A DNA stretch of 64,000 bases from a bacterium (GTDB lineage: Bacteria; Zhuqueibacterota; Zhuqueibacteria; Residuimicrobiales; Krinioviventaceae): NCBI GenBank assembly GCA_963674595.2, contig CAXXFV010000007.1, forward strand, positions 1-64,000. The letters are read 5' to 3'. Positions 1-9,223 of the stretch are shown here, in pieces (within the stretch, counting starts at the first letter, position 1; each line of letters opens with the position of its first letter). Made by a program: the position numbers and the translations under genes. Under the pieces are notes generated by a model that worked only from the letters and a program-made list of their open reading frames with translations, made no database searches and was not told where the DNA came from.

Positions 1-952
1 AAACCAGCGCCAAAACCGCAACCGCCGGAACCATGATCCATCTGGGGATGATAGCCACTGAAACGATTCCGTTCATCAATCCGGCTTCTTTTGGAGATTT
101 TGCGGCCAGCATTCTTTGCATGTCATAAGTAGGAACAGGACCGGCCATACTGTTCAATATTCCTTTAAAGATGATCATACAGAAAAAGATGAAAAAAAGT
201 GAATATCCGTCTGATTGAATTTGGCTGTTTACAGCGGGAATGTGTTTTGACCAGTCAAGATCAAGGTTCCATCCGATTGAAAGATTGAGCCAACCATCAG
301 GGATAGCGTTGTGTAAAGCTTCAGGAGTTACTCTGGAAAGCGCGATTATGCCAATGATAATTGATGTAAAACTTAGTAAAATAAACTGAATAATATCCGT
401 TAAAACAACGCTGTACATGCCGCCAAGAAGGACATAAATCGTGGTGATTGACATAACAATAATGGCATAGGTGTTTGCCGACAAGTTCCAGGGAAAAAAG
501 ATTGTGGCAAATTTTCCAATTCCCTGAAATGCATAAGTCAACATACCAACAACGCTGACAATGGCAAAAATTGTTACACTAAGCCGTGAAAGCTCGCTGC
601 CTCTTCCTGTGCCGAATCGGGTTTCAATCCACTCTGCGCCTGTCAGCACATTGGACCGTCTGACCCAGATAGCGATGTAAATCATAAAGAATATCTGGTT
701 AAATGTCGGCCACATCCACGGCATCCATATACCTTTCAGGCCATATACAAAAACCATATATACCAGCCACATTGTGCCGCTAATGTCAAACATGGAAGAG
801 GCATTGGAAACGCCTAATAGATACCAGGGAACCGATTTTCCTCCGAGAAAATAGCTGTCGATATTTTGAGACGCTCGTCTAGAAAAATAGATGCCGGAGA
901 GTATAACGAGGATTAAGTAAGAGAAAATTATTATTTGATCAATTGTATGCAT
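1..952 (-). CDS. Sodium:solute symporter (SSF) family protein, partial (3' end runs off the window)
   Basis: Not in the ORF track. My translation from ATG 952 (AAGGA RBS upstream) reads MHTIDQIIIFSYLILVILSGIYFSRRASQNIDSYFLGGKSVPWYLLGVSNASSMFDISGTMW...GGMYSVVLTDIIQF...YDMQRMLAAKSPKEA, which are SSF motifs; the frame is open to the window edge. Confidence 0.9.
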   Translation of the reverse strand, partial: MHTIDQIIIFSYLILVILSGIYFSRRASQNIDSYFLGGKSVPWYLLGVSNASSMFDISGTMWLVYMVFVYGLKGIWMPWMWPTFNQIFFMIYIAIWVRRSNVLTGAEWIETRFGTGRGSELSRLSVTIFAIVSVVGMLTYAFQGIGKFATIFFPWNLSANTYAIIVMSITTIYVLLGGMYSVVLTDIIQFILLSFTSIIIGIIALSRVTPEALHNAIPDGWLNLSIGWNLDLDWSKHIPAVNSQIQSDGYSLFFIFFCMIIFKGILNSMAGPVPTYDMQRMLAAKSPKEAGLMNGIVSVAIIPRWIMVPAVAVLALV

Positions 953-1051
953 GGAATGGATCCTTGATTTTATTTTATACAATTCGGTTTATTAGGGGTA
1001 ACCAGATGAATAATATGAATTTTCTTATAATTGTTACGGAAAATGGTTATG

Positions 1052-1080
1052 AAAAAGAGGTAGCTGTTTCAAGCCACCTC
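1052..1080 (-). terminator. Rho-independent terminator of the acyl-CoA synthetase gene
   Basis: Minus strand GAGGTGGCT-tgaaac-AGCTACCTC followed by TTTTT. Confidence 0.7.
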
Positions 1081-1162
1081 CTGTAGGACATGCTAATTAT
1101 TTTTTAAACCAGTAATCCAAATATCGGCGCTACAGCGTGTACTGTTTGGCTGATTTTTCAAA

Positions 1163-2827
1163 TCAATTAGCATGTGGTATTGTATAGAGAAAACGTTTTA
1201 TTTTTTTTGTAGGCGTTTTTTCAAATTCTGCCGGATATAATTCAATACTTGAGATTGAAATATAAGAAGGAAGGTCTTTATTCACTTCTTTTCTCATCTG
1301 TTCCATTTTAGCCTGAATGTCCGATTCGGATAGACCCTCTTTATCCGTAAGTTCTATATCCGGATAAATAAGCGCAACAATTTTGCCTGCTCTGTCAATT
1401 ATAAGTGATTCCTGTACATAAGGCATATTGTTTATTTTTGCTTCTACTTCTTCCGGGTATATGTTTTGGCCGGACGCGCCCAGGATCATGCTTTTAGCTC
1501 TTCCCCGAATATAGATAAAACCGTCCTTATCGATGACGCCCAGATCTCCGGTATGCAGCCAGCCGTCTTTATCAATCGTCTCATTAGTAGCTTGTTCGTT
1601 TTTATAATAGCCAAGCATTACGTTTTCACCTTTTACCAAAATTTCACCGACTGTGTTTTCAGGATCATCAGAATCGATTTTAACATCTACATAATCAATC
1701 GCTAAACCAACAGAACCCATTTTAGTTTTGTTCCAGGCACAATAGCTTATCAGGGGGCCGCATTCGGTCATACCATAGCCTATTGTAAACGGAAATCCAA
1801 TTTTTGTTAAAAAAGTTTCTACTTCATCATTCAAAGCGGCGCCGCCGATAACAAGTTCATGAAAATTGCTTCCAAATGCGGTTTCGAGGCTTGCTTTAAT
1901 TTTTTTGTTGATAATTTTCGAAAAAATGGGTGTTTTTATCAAAAGTTTGGCCGGCATTTTTTCTATGGCCGGTTTTATCTGTTTTTTATAAATTTTTTCA
2001 ATTATCAACGGAACGGACAGAATGAGCTGTGGCCTTATTTTTTGAAATGCCTGAACAATAATTTTGGGAGAAGGAATTCGTCCTAATAACGTAACATGGC
2101 ACCCCAATGTGAATGGAAATAAAAATTCAAAGGCACATCCGTAAGCATGTGCTAGGGGCATAAATGACAAAATGTTATCGCCTGATTTTAACGGCATGTT
2201 TTTTTGTGCGTAAAGAATATTGGCTGTCAGGCTGTTGTGGTTCAACAACACACCTTTTGAAAAACCGGTTGTTCCAGAAGTGTATACAATAGCGGCAAGG
2301 TCTTTATTTTGTATGTTTTCAAATTCCAGAATATCCGGGTTCAATGTGTTGTTGTATTTTGCTAAAAATTTGTTTTCAGATTTTTGCCAAATTTCAAAGA
2401 GATTTTTCTTTTTCTGGTGAATAACGGAAAAATCACCCAGGGAGAAAATACCTTCGATATGCGGCATTTTTTCATCATCCAGATTTTCATAGATGGAATC
2501 CAGTGCAAATAGTAAAACAGAGTCCGAATGGTTGACAATGTGGTGTATGTCGTCCGGATTAAAATCCGGTAAAATAGGGACAATGACGGCTCCATAGGTA
2601 ATTGTTGCCAGATATACAACGGTCCAGTTGACGGAATTTTTACCTACAAGTGCTATTTTGTCTCCCTTTTTAACATTACATTCATGAAAAATGTAATGGA
2701 GCCGGAGAATGTTTTCGGCAACTTTACCATAGCTGAGGCTTTTTCCTTCATAGTCTGAAAGGGATGGCAGGTTCCAGTTTTTTTTGATACTTGTTTCAAG
2801 AATTTTGACAAAATTTTCATTCAACAT
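1163..2827 (-). CDS. fadD: Long-chain fatty acyl-CoA synthetase (AMP-binding family), paralogue 1
   Basis: YTSGTTGFSKG AMP-binding motif, GYGMTE, GWLHTGDLG, RGRAK...GQNIYPEEVE, KTPTKKIKR. Confidence 0.9.
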   Translation of the reverse strand: MLNENFVKILETSIKKNWNLPSLSDYEGKSLSYGKVAENILRLHYIFHECNVKKGDKIALVGKNSVNWTVVYLATITYGAVIVPILPDFNPDDIHHIVNHSDSVLLFALDSIYENLDDEKMPHIEGIFSLGDFSVIHQKKKNLFEIWQKSENKFLAKYNNTLNPDILEFENIQNKDLAAIVYTSGTTGFSKGVLLNHNSLTANILYAQKNMPLKSGDNILSFMPLAHAYGCAFEFLFPFTLGCHVTLLGRIPSPKIIVQAFQKIRPQLILSVPLIIEKIYKKQIKPAIEKMPAKLLIKTPIFSKIINKKIKASLETAFGSNFHELVIGGAALNDEVETFLTKIGFPFTIGYGMTECGPLISYCAWNKTKMGSVGLAIDYVDVKIDSDDPENTVGEILVKGENVMLGYYKNEQATNETIDKDGWLHTGDLGVIDKDGFIYIRGRAKSMILGASGQNIYPEEVEAKINNMPYVQESLIIDRAGKIVALIYPDIELTDKEGLSESDIQAKMEQMRKEVNKDLPSYISISSIELYPAEFEKTPTKKIKRFLYTIPHAN

Positions 2828-3123
2828 TCCGGAAAGCTCCTTTTTTAAATTAAAAATGAATTTATATGTTGAATCTTGGGAGTTTGAATGTATTTAAAAA
2901 AATAAAACAAAACAAAATATTTTATGTTTTTGTTAAAATATTTTCTTCATTTTATTGATCTTGGCGCTAGTTTATAGTTGAAAGGGCGTATAAATATGAA
3001 TAATATTGGCTCAGAATGGTTTTCCTGCAAGTTTGTTCTTGACTTTTTAGTGATGTTAATTTACATTAACGATTATGTACATTTAAATTAGCTCGGGTTT
3101 ATATCATCGGTGGAATAATATCT

Positions 3124-4275
3124 ATGATTCAGAAGAGAGAAGTTCAGCGTTTCCCAAAAGAGTTTAAGAAGAAATTTCTTGGAAGTTTCGACTGGCGGTT
3201 TTATGCCATCGTTGCTCTCTCTTCAATTATCACAATAATTTTTGTACTGTTTTTTCGGTCCCGGTTACCAGGTTTTATCCAACCTAAAGAGATATCTCAA
3301 ATTCAACAACAGTACGCAAATATAGTATTGGATAGAGATCAGGGATTCCCGCCACCTGCTATTCCACGTCCAACGGAATCTGATATAACTCTGCCCGGTA
3401 TGGGAGTAGCTACTTCAGAGGTGCCCAGTGAAGCGGCGGAAGGTATAAGCGTTTCCGAAGGCAGGGGAACAGGCCGTCGTACTGCAGAATCTTCTCTGCC
3501 GACAGTAGGCGAGATCGCACAGGGACGACGGGGAGGAACCGGAAGAGGCGGACGAATGAGTGCAGCGGAAGTTGCCTCAGAGGTGGGTAATGTCGGATTT
3601 TTAGGAATTCTTACATCAGGAAGCGGTTACGTTCCTGAAGGATATATTAACGCTATTACCAATTATGGTGATGCGGAAAATTCCCGTTTGGGAGATGTTT
3701 TATCACAATTAGACGCAGTCCGTGTGTCCAGAGGACCTGAAGGCAGAGGTTGGGGAGCGGGTCGTGAAGGAGAGGCTGGTGATCCGACCGGTGGCCGTGT
3801 CTTACGCGGAACACGACGAGATACACGTGCGCTAAGTACGGATGATCTTATAGGAACATTACAGCCCCAGGGCGAGTTGGCTTTTCAAGGTGTGGAAAAA
3901 AATCAAAAATATGAGGCCCTGTCAAGTAGTTTAGGTAAAAAGCCGGCTGTTCCTACAACCCCGGAAGAAAAAGAGCTGCTGCGAAGAAAGCCTGAAAAAG
4001 TTCAGGCCATTATTAACAAACATCGATTGGTTATTATAGATTGTTATAAACGTTTACTGCGTCGTAATCCACATCTTAAGGGAAAAGTTCAGGTCAGGTT
4101 TGCGATTGATTCTGATGGTAAAGTAACGTGGGCGGAAATTGTGTCCAGTACTTTTGAGGAGGAATCACTGCATTCCTGTATTTTATCACGGATAAGGCGT
4201 TGGAATGATTTTGGATATGGAGACCCAACTGCGCCTGACGAAGTTTACAGGCAGGTCTTTACTTTTGGATATTAG
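3124..4275 (+). CDS. Membrane-anchored protein with AgmX/PglI-type TonB-C-like C-terminal domain
   Basis: N-terminal TM helix, Gly/Arg-rich linker, and a C-terminal 'IIDCYKRLLRRNPHLKGKVQVRFAIDSDGKV..AEIVSSTF...SCILSRIRRW' domain typical of AgmX/GltG-like TonB-C domains. Confidence 0.75.
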   Translation: MIQKREVQRFPKEFKKKFLGSFDWRFYAIVALSSIITIIFVLFFRSRLPGFIQPKEISQIQQQYANIVLDRDQGFPPPAIPRPTESDITLPGMGVATSEVPSEAAEGISVSEGRGTGRRTAESSLPTVGEIAQGRRGGTGRGGRMSAAEVASEVGNVGFLGILTSGSGYVPEGYINAITNYGDAENSRLGDVLSQLDAVRVSRGPEGRGWGAGREGEAGDPTGGRVLRGTRRDTRALSTDDLIGTLQPQGELAFQGVEKNQKYEALSSSLGKKPAVPTTPEEKELLRRKPEKVQAIINKHRLVIIDCYKRLLRRNPHLKGKVQVRFAIDSDGKVTWAEIVSSTFEEESLHSCILSRIRRWNDFGYGDPTAPDEVYRQVFTFGY

Positions 4276-4283
4276 AGATTATC

Positions 4284-4318
4284 AAAACCGAAGAGTGAAA
4301 TAAATCTTCGGTTTTTTT
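4284..4318 (+). terminator. Rho-independent terminator
   Basis: AAAACCGAAGA...TCTTCGGTTTTTTT hairpin plus T-tract. Confidence 0.8.
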
Positions 4319-4350
4319 GTGATATTTACTTAAATTTTTATAACATAATT

Positions 4351-5370
4351 ATGGATACTGGTTCTAAAAAATTAAAGCCTGGAAAATTGGACCATCAATT
4401 ACTAAACAGGCTTGTTACAAAATTTACAGATAAAGATAAACGGGTCGTCGTCGGGTCCAAAATTGGGGAAGATGCCGCCGTCATTGATATGGGCAGCCAT
4501 TATCTGTTGGCAAAGACAGACCCTATAACGTTTGTCACCGATTATATCGGTTATTATGCCGTTAATGTTAATATGAATGATATTGTTTGTATGGGGGGGA
4601 CCCCGAAATGGTTTTTAGCAACAATTTTACTGCCCCAAGACTGTGAGCAAGGCCTTGTTGAAAATATTTTTGAACAAATTTCCGGCGCATGCCGAAAGGA
4701 GAATATCATCCTTTGCGGAGGGCATACGGAAGTAACCCTGGGACTGGATCGTCCTATTGTTGTCGGGCAGATGCTGGGTGAAGCTGCAAAAGATCATTTT
4801 TTGCCAAAAAGCGAAATTCAGGTCAATGATCGTGTCATTTTGGTGAATGGAGTACCGATAGAAGGGACCGCGATTATCGCGATGGAAAAATCCAGGGAAC
4901 TTTGTGAAAAGTTTTCATCTGAATTTGTTGACAAATGTCGGAATTATTTGTTTAATCCCGGCATCGGCGTTCGTAAAGAAGCGCAAATTGCTTTACAGAC
5001 AGGGGGTGTTCGGGCCATGCATGATCCGACGGAAGGCGGGATCGCTACTGCTTTATACGAACTTGCTGTTGCATCCGGTCATGGAATTAAAGTACAGTCT
5101 GAAAAAATACTGTTACTACCGGAAGCAAAAATACTTTGTGAATTGTATGGTATAAATCCTTTTGGCTGCATTTCTTCCGGATCATTACTTGTGGTGACGC
5201 CGGAACAACACGTAAATATTGTTTTAAAAGCTTATCATAATGCCGGGATACCGGCTGATGAAATCGGTAAAATAGTTCCACAAGAACAGGGGTATCAAAT
5301 CTATAAAAATGGGAAAAGAGAAGAGCTGCCCACCTTTGCACAGGATGAAATTGTCAGGATATTTTCTTGA
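4351..5370 (+). CDS. AIR synthase-related (PurM/HypE/ThiL superfamily) protein
   Basis: GEDAAV, DPITF, NVNMNDIVCMGGTP, GGHTE and MHDPTEGG motifs; no HypE C-terminal PRIC. Confidence 0.85.
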   Translation: MDTGSKKLKPGKLDHQLLNRLVTKFTDKDKRVVVGSKIGEDAAVIDMGSHYLLAKTDPITFVTDYIGYYAVNVNMNDIVCMGGTPKWFLATILLPQDCEQGLVENIFEQISGACRKENIILCGGHTEVTLGLDRPIVVGQMLGEAAKDHFLPKSEIQVNDRVILVNGVPIEGTAIIAMEKSRELCEKFSSEFVDKCRNYLFNPGIGVRKEAQIALQTGGVRAMHDPTEGGIATALYELAVASGHGIKVQSEKILLLPEAKILCELYGINPFGCISSGSLLVVTPEQHVNIVLKAYHNAGIPADEIGKIVPQEQGYQIYKNGKREELPTFAQDEIVRIFS

Positions 5371-5504
5371 ATTCTGTCGTATTTGTTTAAAAAGAACTTG
5401 CAATAAATATAAAATAATATTACATTACCAAGCTTTGTTTATACTGAAAAAATTTATTTACTCAATATATAATGCCTCTGTAAAGAGGTTTTTTAGAAAT
5501 TATT

Positions 5505-6830
5505 ATGTTTCAGGATTTAACTGAAAAATTTGACTCTGTTGTTCGAAAACTCCGTGGTCATGGAAAAATTAATGAGAAAAACATTGCTGATTCCATGCGT
5601 GATGTTAGACGGGTTTTGCTGGAAGCAGATGTAAATTACAGGGTGGCAAAAAAATTTATTGCAGATGTTCAGGAACGTGCTATTGGGCATGACGTGCTTA
5701 AAAGTATTACTCCTGGTCAACAGGTTGTCAAAATTATTTTTGATGAACTTGTAAAGCTGATGGGTGAAAAAGAGAGTCCTTTAAGCTTTTCACACCATAT
5801 TCCCAGCATCATCATGCTTTCCGGTCTGCAAGGTTCCGGAAAAACAACATTTGCCGGTAAATTGGCAATGCATTTAAAGAAAAAAGGGCGAAAGCCTTTA
5901 TTAGTTGCCGCTGATGTTTATCGTCCTGCTGCTATGGAACAATTAAGAGTTGTCGGTAAGGCAATTGATGTTCCCAGTTTTGTTGAAAAAGGCAACACAA
6001 ATGCATTGGAAATTTGCCGAAATGCTGTAGATCATTGCCGAAAAAACATGATAGACACCGCCATTATCGATACGGCCGGTCGTCTGCATATCGATGATGA
6101 AATGATGCAGGAACTGGAGCAGATTAAAAGCGCCTTAAACCCGGCCGAGATTTTGTTTGTTGCTGATGGAATGACAGGACAGGATGCTGTCAATACGGCG
6201 CAAACATTTTCAGAACGTCTCGATTTTAACGGTGTCGTGTTGACAAAAATGGATGGTGACGCCCGAGGCGGCGCTGCCTTGTCTATTCGTGCAGTTACCG
6301 GCAAACCGATTAAGTTTTTGAGTGTTGGTGAAAAGTTTGATCAGTTGGAAGTATTTCATCCTGATCGTATGGCATCAAGAATTTTGGGTATGGGAGATGT
6401 TGTTTCTCTTGTTGAAAAGGCCCAGGAAAATATTGATGCTGAAAAAGCTGCCAAACTTGAAAAAAAGCTGCGTAATCAGGAATTTACGCTCAACGACTTT
6501 CTTGAGCAGTTGCAGCAAATAAAAAAAATGGGCCCGATTCAGGACTTACTTGCTATGATTCCCGGATTGCAAACAAAAGCGTTAAAAGGGCTGCAAGTGG
6601 ATGACCGTGCCCTTGTCAGAGTTGAAGCCATTATCAACTCTATGACAAAACAGGAGAGAAGGCTTCCGAAAATACTAAACGGCAGCCGGAGAAAAAGAAT
6701 TGCTAAAGGCAGTGGTACTGCCGTTCAGGATGTAAATAGATTATTAAATCAATTTGCAATGATGCAAAAAATGATGAAAACAATGAAACGTGGTGTCGGC
6801 AGAAAAATGTCGATGCCGTTCGGTTTTTAA
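5505..6830 (+). CDS. ffh: Signal recognition particle protein Ffh
   Basis: GLQGSGKTT, DTAGR, TKMDGDARGG, Met-rich M domain; position before rpsP. Confidence 0.98.
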   Translation: MFQDLTEKFDSVVRKLRGHGKINEKNIADSMRDVRRVLLEADVNYRVAKKFIADVQERAIGHDVLKSITPGQQVVKIIFDELVKLMGEKESPLSFSHHIPSIIMLSGLQGSGKTTFAGKLAMHLKKKGRKPLLVAADVYRPAAMEQLRVVGKAIDVPSFVEKGNTNALEICRNAVDHCRKNMIDTAIIDTAGRLHIDDEMMQELEQIKSALNPAEILFVADGMTGQDAVNTAQTFSERLDFNGVVLTKMDGDARGGAALSIRAVTGKPIKFLSVGEKFDQLEVFHPDRMASRILGMGDVVSLVEKAQENIDAEKAAKLEKKLRNQEFTLNDFLEQLQQIKKMGPIQDLLAMIPGLQTKALKGLQVDDRALVRVEAIINSMTKQERRLPKILNGSRRKRIAKGSGTAVQDVNRLLNQFAMMQKMMKTMKRGVGRKMSMPFGF

Positions 6831-6855
6831 ATAAATTAATTAGGAGGTTTTAAAC

Positions 6856-7383
6856 TTGTCTGTAAAACTAAGATTGCGCCGTATGGGTAGAAAAAAAATG
6901 CCGTATTACCGAATCGTAGCTATCGATTCAAGAGCCCGGCGTGATGGTAAATATATCGAAAAAATTGGCCATTATAATCCTGTTTCTGATCCGGTTGAAA
7001 TTGTTATTGACCGTGAAAAAGCAATCAAGTGGCTTGATACAGGCGCTATTCCCTCTGATACCGTTAAAAGTTTCCTGAGCAAACAGGGAATCCTTATGGA
7101 ATGGGATTTGAAGAAAAAAGGATTAACTGACGAGCAGATTGCAGAACAGGTTCAGAAATGGGAAACTGTCAAGTTAGAAAATCGCAAAAAACTTGAAGCA
7201 AAAGCTGCTATGAACAAACGTCAGCAGGAAGAAGAAGCGAAAGCTAAAAAGCAGGAAGAAGAAAAAGCTGCCGCAGCAGAAGCTGCTAAAGTCGCTGAAG
7301 CCGCCGCAGAAGCTACTGAGGCTGTTGAATCTACTGAAGCTGCAGAAACGACTGAAACTGAAGAAGGAAACACAGAGAACTAG
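6856..7383 (+). CDS. rpsP: 30S ribosomal protein S16 with long Lys/Glu/Ala-rich C-terminal extension (TTG start)
   Basis: [40 protein letters not shown]; AGGAGG RBS. Confidence 0.98.
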   Translation: MSVKLRLRRMGRKKMPYYRIVAIDSRARRDGKYIEKIGHYNPVSDPVEIVIDREKAIKWLDTGAIPSDTVKSFLSKQGILMEWDLKKKGLTDEQIAEQVQKWETVKLENRKKLEAKAAMNKRQQEEEAKAKKQEEEKAAAAEAAKVAEAAAEATEAVESTEAAETTETEEGNTEN

Positions 7384-7419
7384 TTTTTTTCTGTTCCTCT
7401 TTTCCGGTAAAGCATTATT

Positions 7420-7956
7420 ATGGAAAAACGATATAAAAAAGATGTTTTGCCCGAGTTGTTTACAATTGGTCAGGTTACGAAACCGCACGGTGTTCGTGGT
7501 ACTGTTCGTGTTATACCTGAAACAGAGTTTTCTGAACAATTTGAAAACTTGAAAAGCGTGTTTCTTCGTTGTGTGAACGGAGAAATATTAACATTAAATA
7601 TCAAAGACGTTAAAAACAGTAACCGTTTTATACTACTGGCTTTTGATGGAATTGATGACCGCGATGATGCTGAAACTCTTCGAGATGCCCAGGTTTTAAT
7701 CGAGCGTGATGAGTATGAAAAATTAAGTGATAACGGGCTCTTTTTCAGCGATATTCGGGGTTTTGATGTTTTTTCGCATGATGACGTTTTTATTGGCCAA
7801 CTGGAAGATGTGGAAAGTTATCCGGCACATGATATTTTTATAATTAAAACAAATGAAAAAAGTATCATGGTTCCAGCGGTCCCGGAGTTTGTAAAAAATA
7901 TTGATACCCGGCAACAAAAGATAACCATTCATTTAATTGATGGTTTACTAGATTAA
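7420..7956 (+). CDS. rimM: Ribosome maturation factor RimM
   Basis: IGQVTKPHGVRG motif, PRC-barrel C-terminus, conserved synteny. Confidence 0.95.
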   Translation: MEKRYKKDVLPELFTIGQVTKPHGVRGTVRVIPETEFSEQFENLKSVFLRCVNGEILTLNIKDVKNSNRFILLAFDGIDDRDDAETLRDAQVLIERDEYEKLSDNGLFFSDIRGFDVFSHDDVFIGQLEDVESYPAHDIFIIKTNEKSIMVPAVPEFVKNIDTRQQKITIHLIDGLLD

Positions 7957-7971
7957 AGTTTTGGATGTACA

Positions 7972-8694
7972 TTGGAAATACATATTTTAACAGCTTTTCC
8001 AAACATGTTTCAAATGCCTCTTGATGAGAGCATTGTTAAGCGAGCCAAAAAGAATAACGTTGTTCGTATCCATATTCATGACATCCGTCATTATGCAACA
8101 GATAAACATAAACAGATCGATGACTATCCCTACGGTGGTGGAGCAGGAATGATCTTAAAGCCTGAACCAATTTTTCGATGTGTTGAAGATATTTACAGCA
8201 AATTTCAATTGGATGATACACCGATTACACTTTTGTCCGCAGCCGGAGAAACTTTTAGTCAGAAAAAAGCGGTTGAAATTTCTTTACGTGATAAAATGGT
8301 TCTGCTGTGCGGACACTATAAAGGAATTGATGAAAGAGTAATAGAAAAACTTGTTAAAGAAGAAATCTCAATTGGTGATTACATTTTAACAGGTGGTGAG
8401 ATTCCGGCGATGGTCATTGTTGATGCCGTTGTAAGACTATTGCCAGGTGCTATGAGTGATATTGATTCTGCCATTACAGATTCTTTTCAATCAGGACTTT
8501 TAGATCATCCGCATTATACAAGACCGGAAACTTTTCAGGAAATGAAAGTTCCTTCAATTTTACTTTCCGGTAATCATGAAAAAATAGAAAATTGGCGCAG
8601 ATCGATTTCGCTGGAACGTACCAAAACAAAACGAAAAGATCTTTATAATAAATATTTAAAATCAGAAACTGAGTTTAATTCCTCTGAAAATTAG
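7972..8694 (+). CDS. trmD: tRNA (guanine37-N1)-methyltransferase TrmD
   Basis: [45 protein letters not shown]. Confidence 0.98.
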   Translation: MEIHILTAFPNMFQMPLDESIVKRAKKNNVVRIHIHDIRHYATDKHKQIDDYPYGGGAGMILKPEPIFRCVEDIYSKFQLDDTPITLLSAAGETFSQKKAVEISLRDKMVLLCGHYKGIDERVIEKLVKEEISIGDYILTGGEIPAMVIVDAVVRLLPGAMSDIDSAITDSFQSGLLDHPHYTRPETFQEMKVPSILLSGNHEKIENWRRSISLERTKTKRKDLYNKYLKSETEFNSSEN

Positions 8695-8707
8695 GAGGTC
8701 ATTTAAA

Positions 8708-9055
8708 ATGAACAAACTTGACGCTATTACAGCCTCTCAATTGAAAAACGATTTACCTGATTTCAAAGCAGGTGATACTGTAAACGTCCACGTTAAAGTG
8801 GTAGAAGGCGATAAAGAACGAATTCAGGTCTTCCAGGGTATCGTTATTAATCGTAGTGGTTCCGGAATCAGTGAATCATTTACGGTCCGTAAAATTTCCA
8901 ACGGTGTTGGCGTGGAACGTATTTTCCCTATTCATTCACCAAATCTTGCAAAAATTGAACGTCTGCGTGAAGGTAAGGTAAGACGTGCCAAATTATATTA
9001 TTTGCGTAAATTAAGAGGTAAAGCAGCCCGAATTGAGGAAAAAAGATCCCTTTAG
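8708..9055 (+). CDS. rplS: 50S ribosomal protein L19
   Basis: [44 protein letters not shown]. Confidence 0.98.
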   Translation: MNKLDAITASQLKNDLPDFKAGDTVNVHVKVVEGDKERIQVFQGIVINRSGSGISESFTVRKISNGVGVERIFPIHSPNLAKIERLREGKVRRAKLYYLRKLRGKAARIEEKRSL

Positions 9056-9086
9056 CTCTAAAATTTAATGTATATATTTAAATTTT

Positions 9087-9113
9087 AAAAACCGATTCTA
9101 TCGGTTTTTTTTT
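9087..9113 (+). terminator. Terminator of the ffh-rplS operon
   Basis: AAAAACCGAT-tct-ATCGGTTTTT plus T-tract. Confidence 0.8.
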
Positions 9114-9223
9114 GTAAAAAAAATGAATCAAATTCAAATATTTCTTGATGCATATTAAAGAAATTATTATTTTGACAATAAAGATATTTTTTTTGTTATT
9201 GCTTTCAAGTAAGGAGAGATTTG

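Noticed and set aside
4351-5370. HypE hydrogenase maturation factor
   Set aside because: No C-terminal PRIC cysteine and no hyp or [NiFe]-hydrogenase genes; the hydrogenases here are [FeFe].
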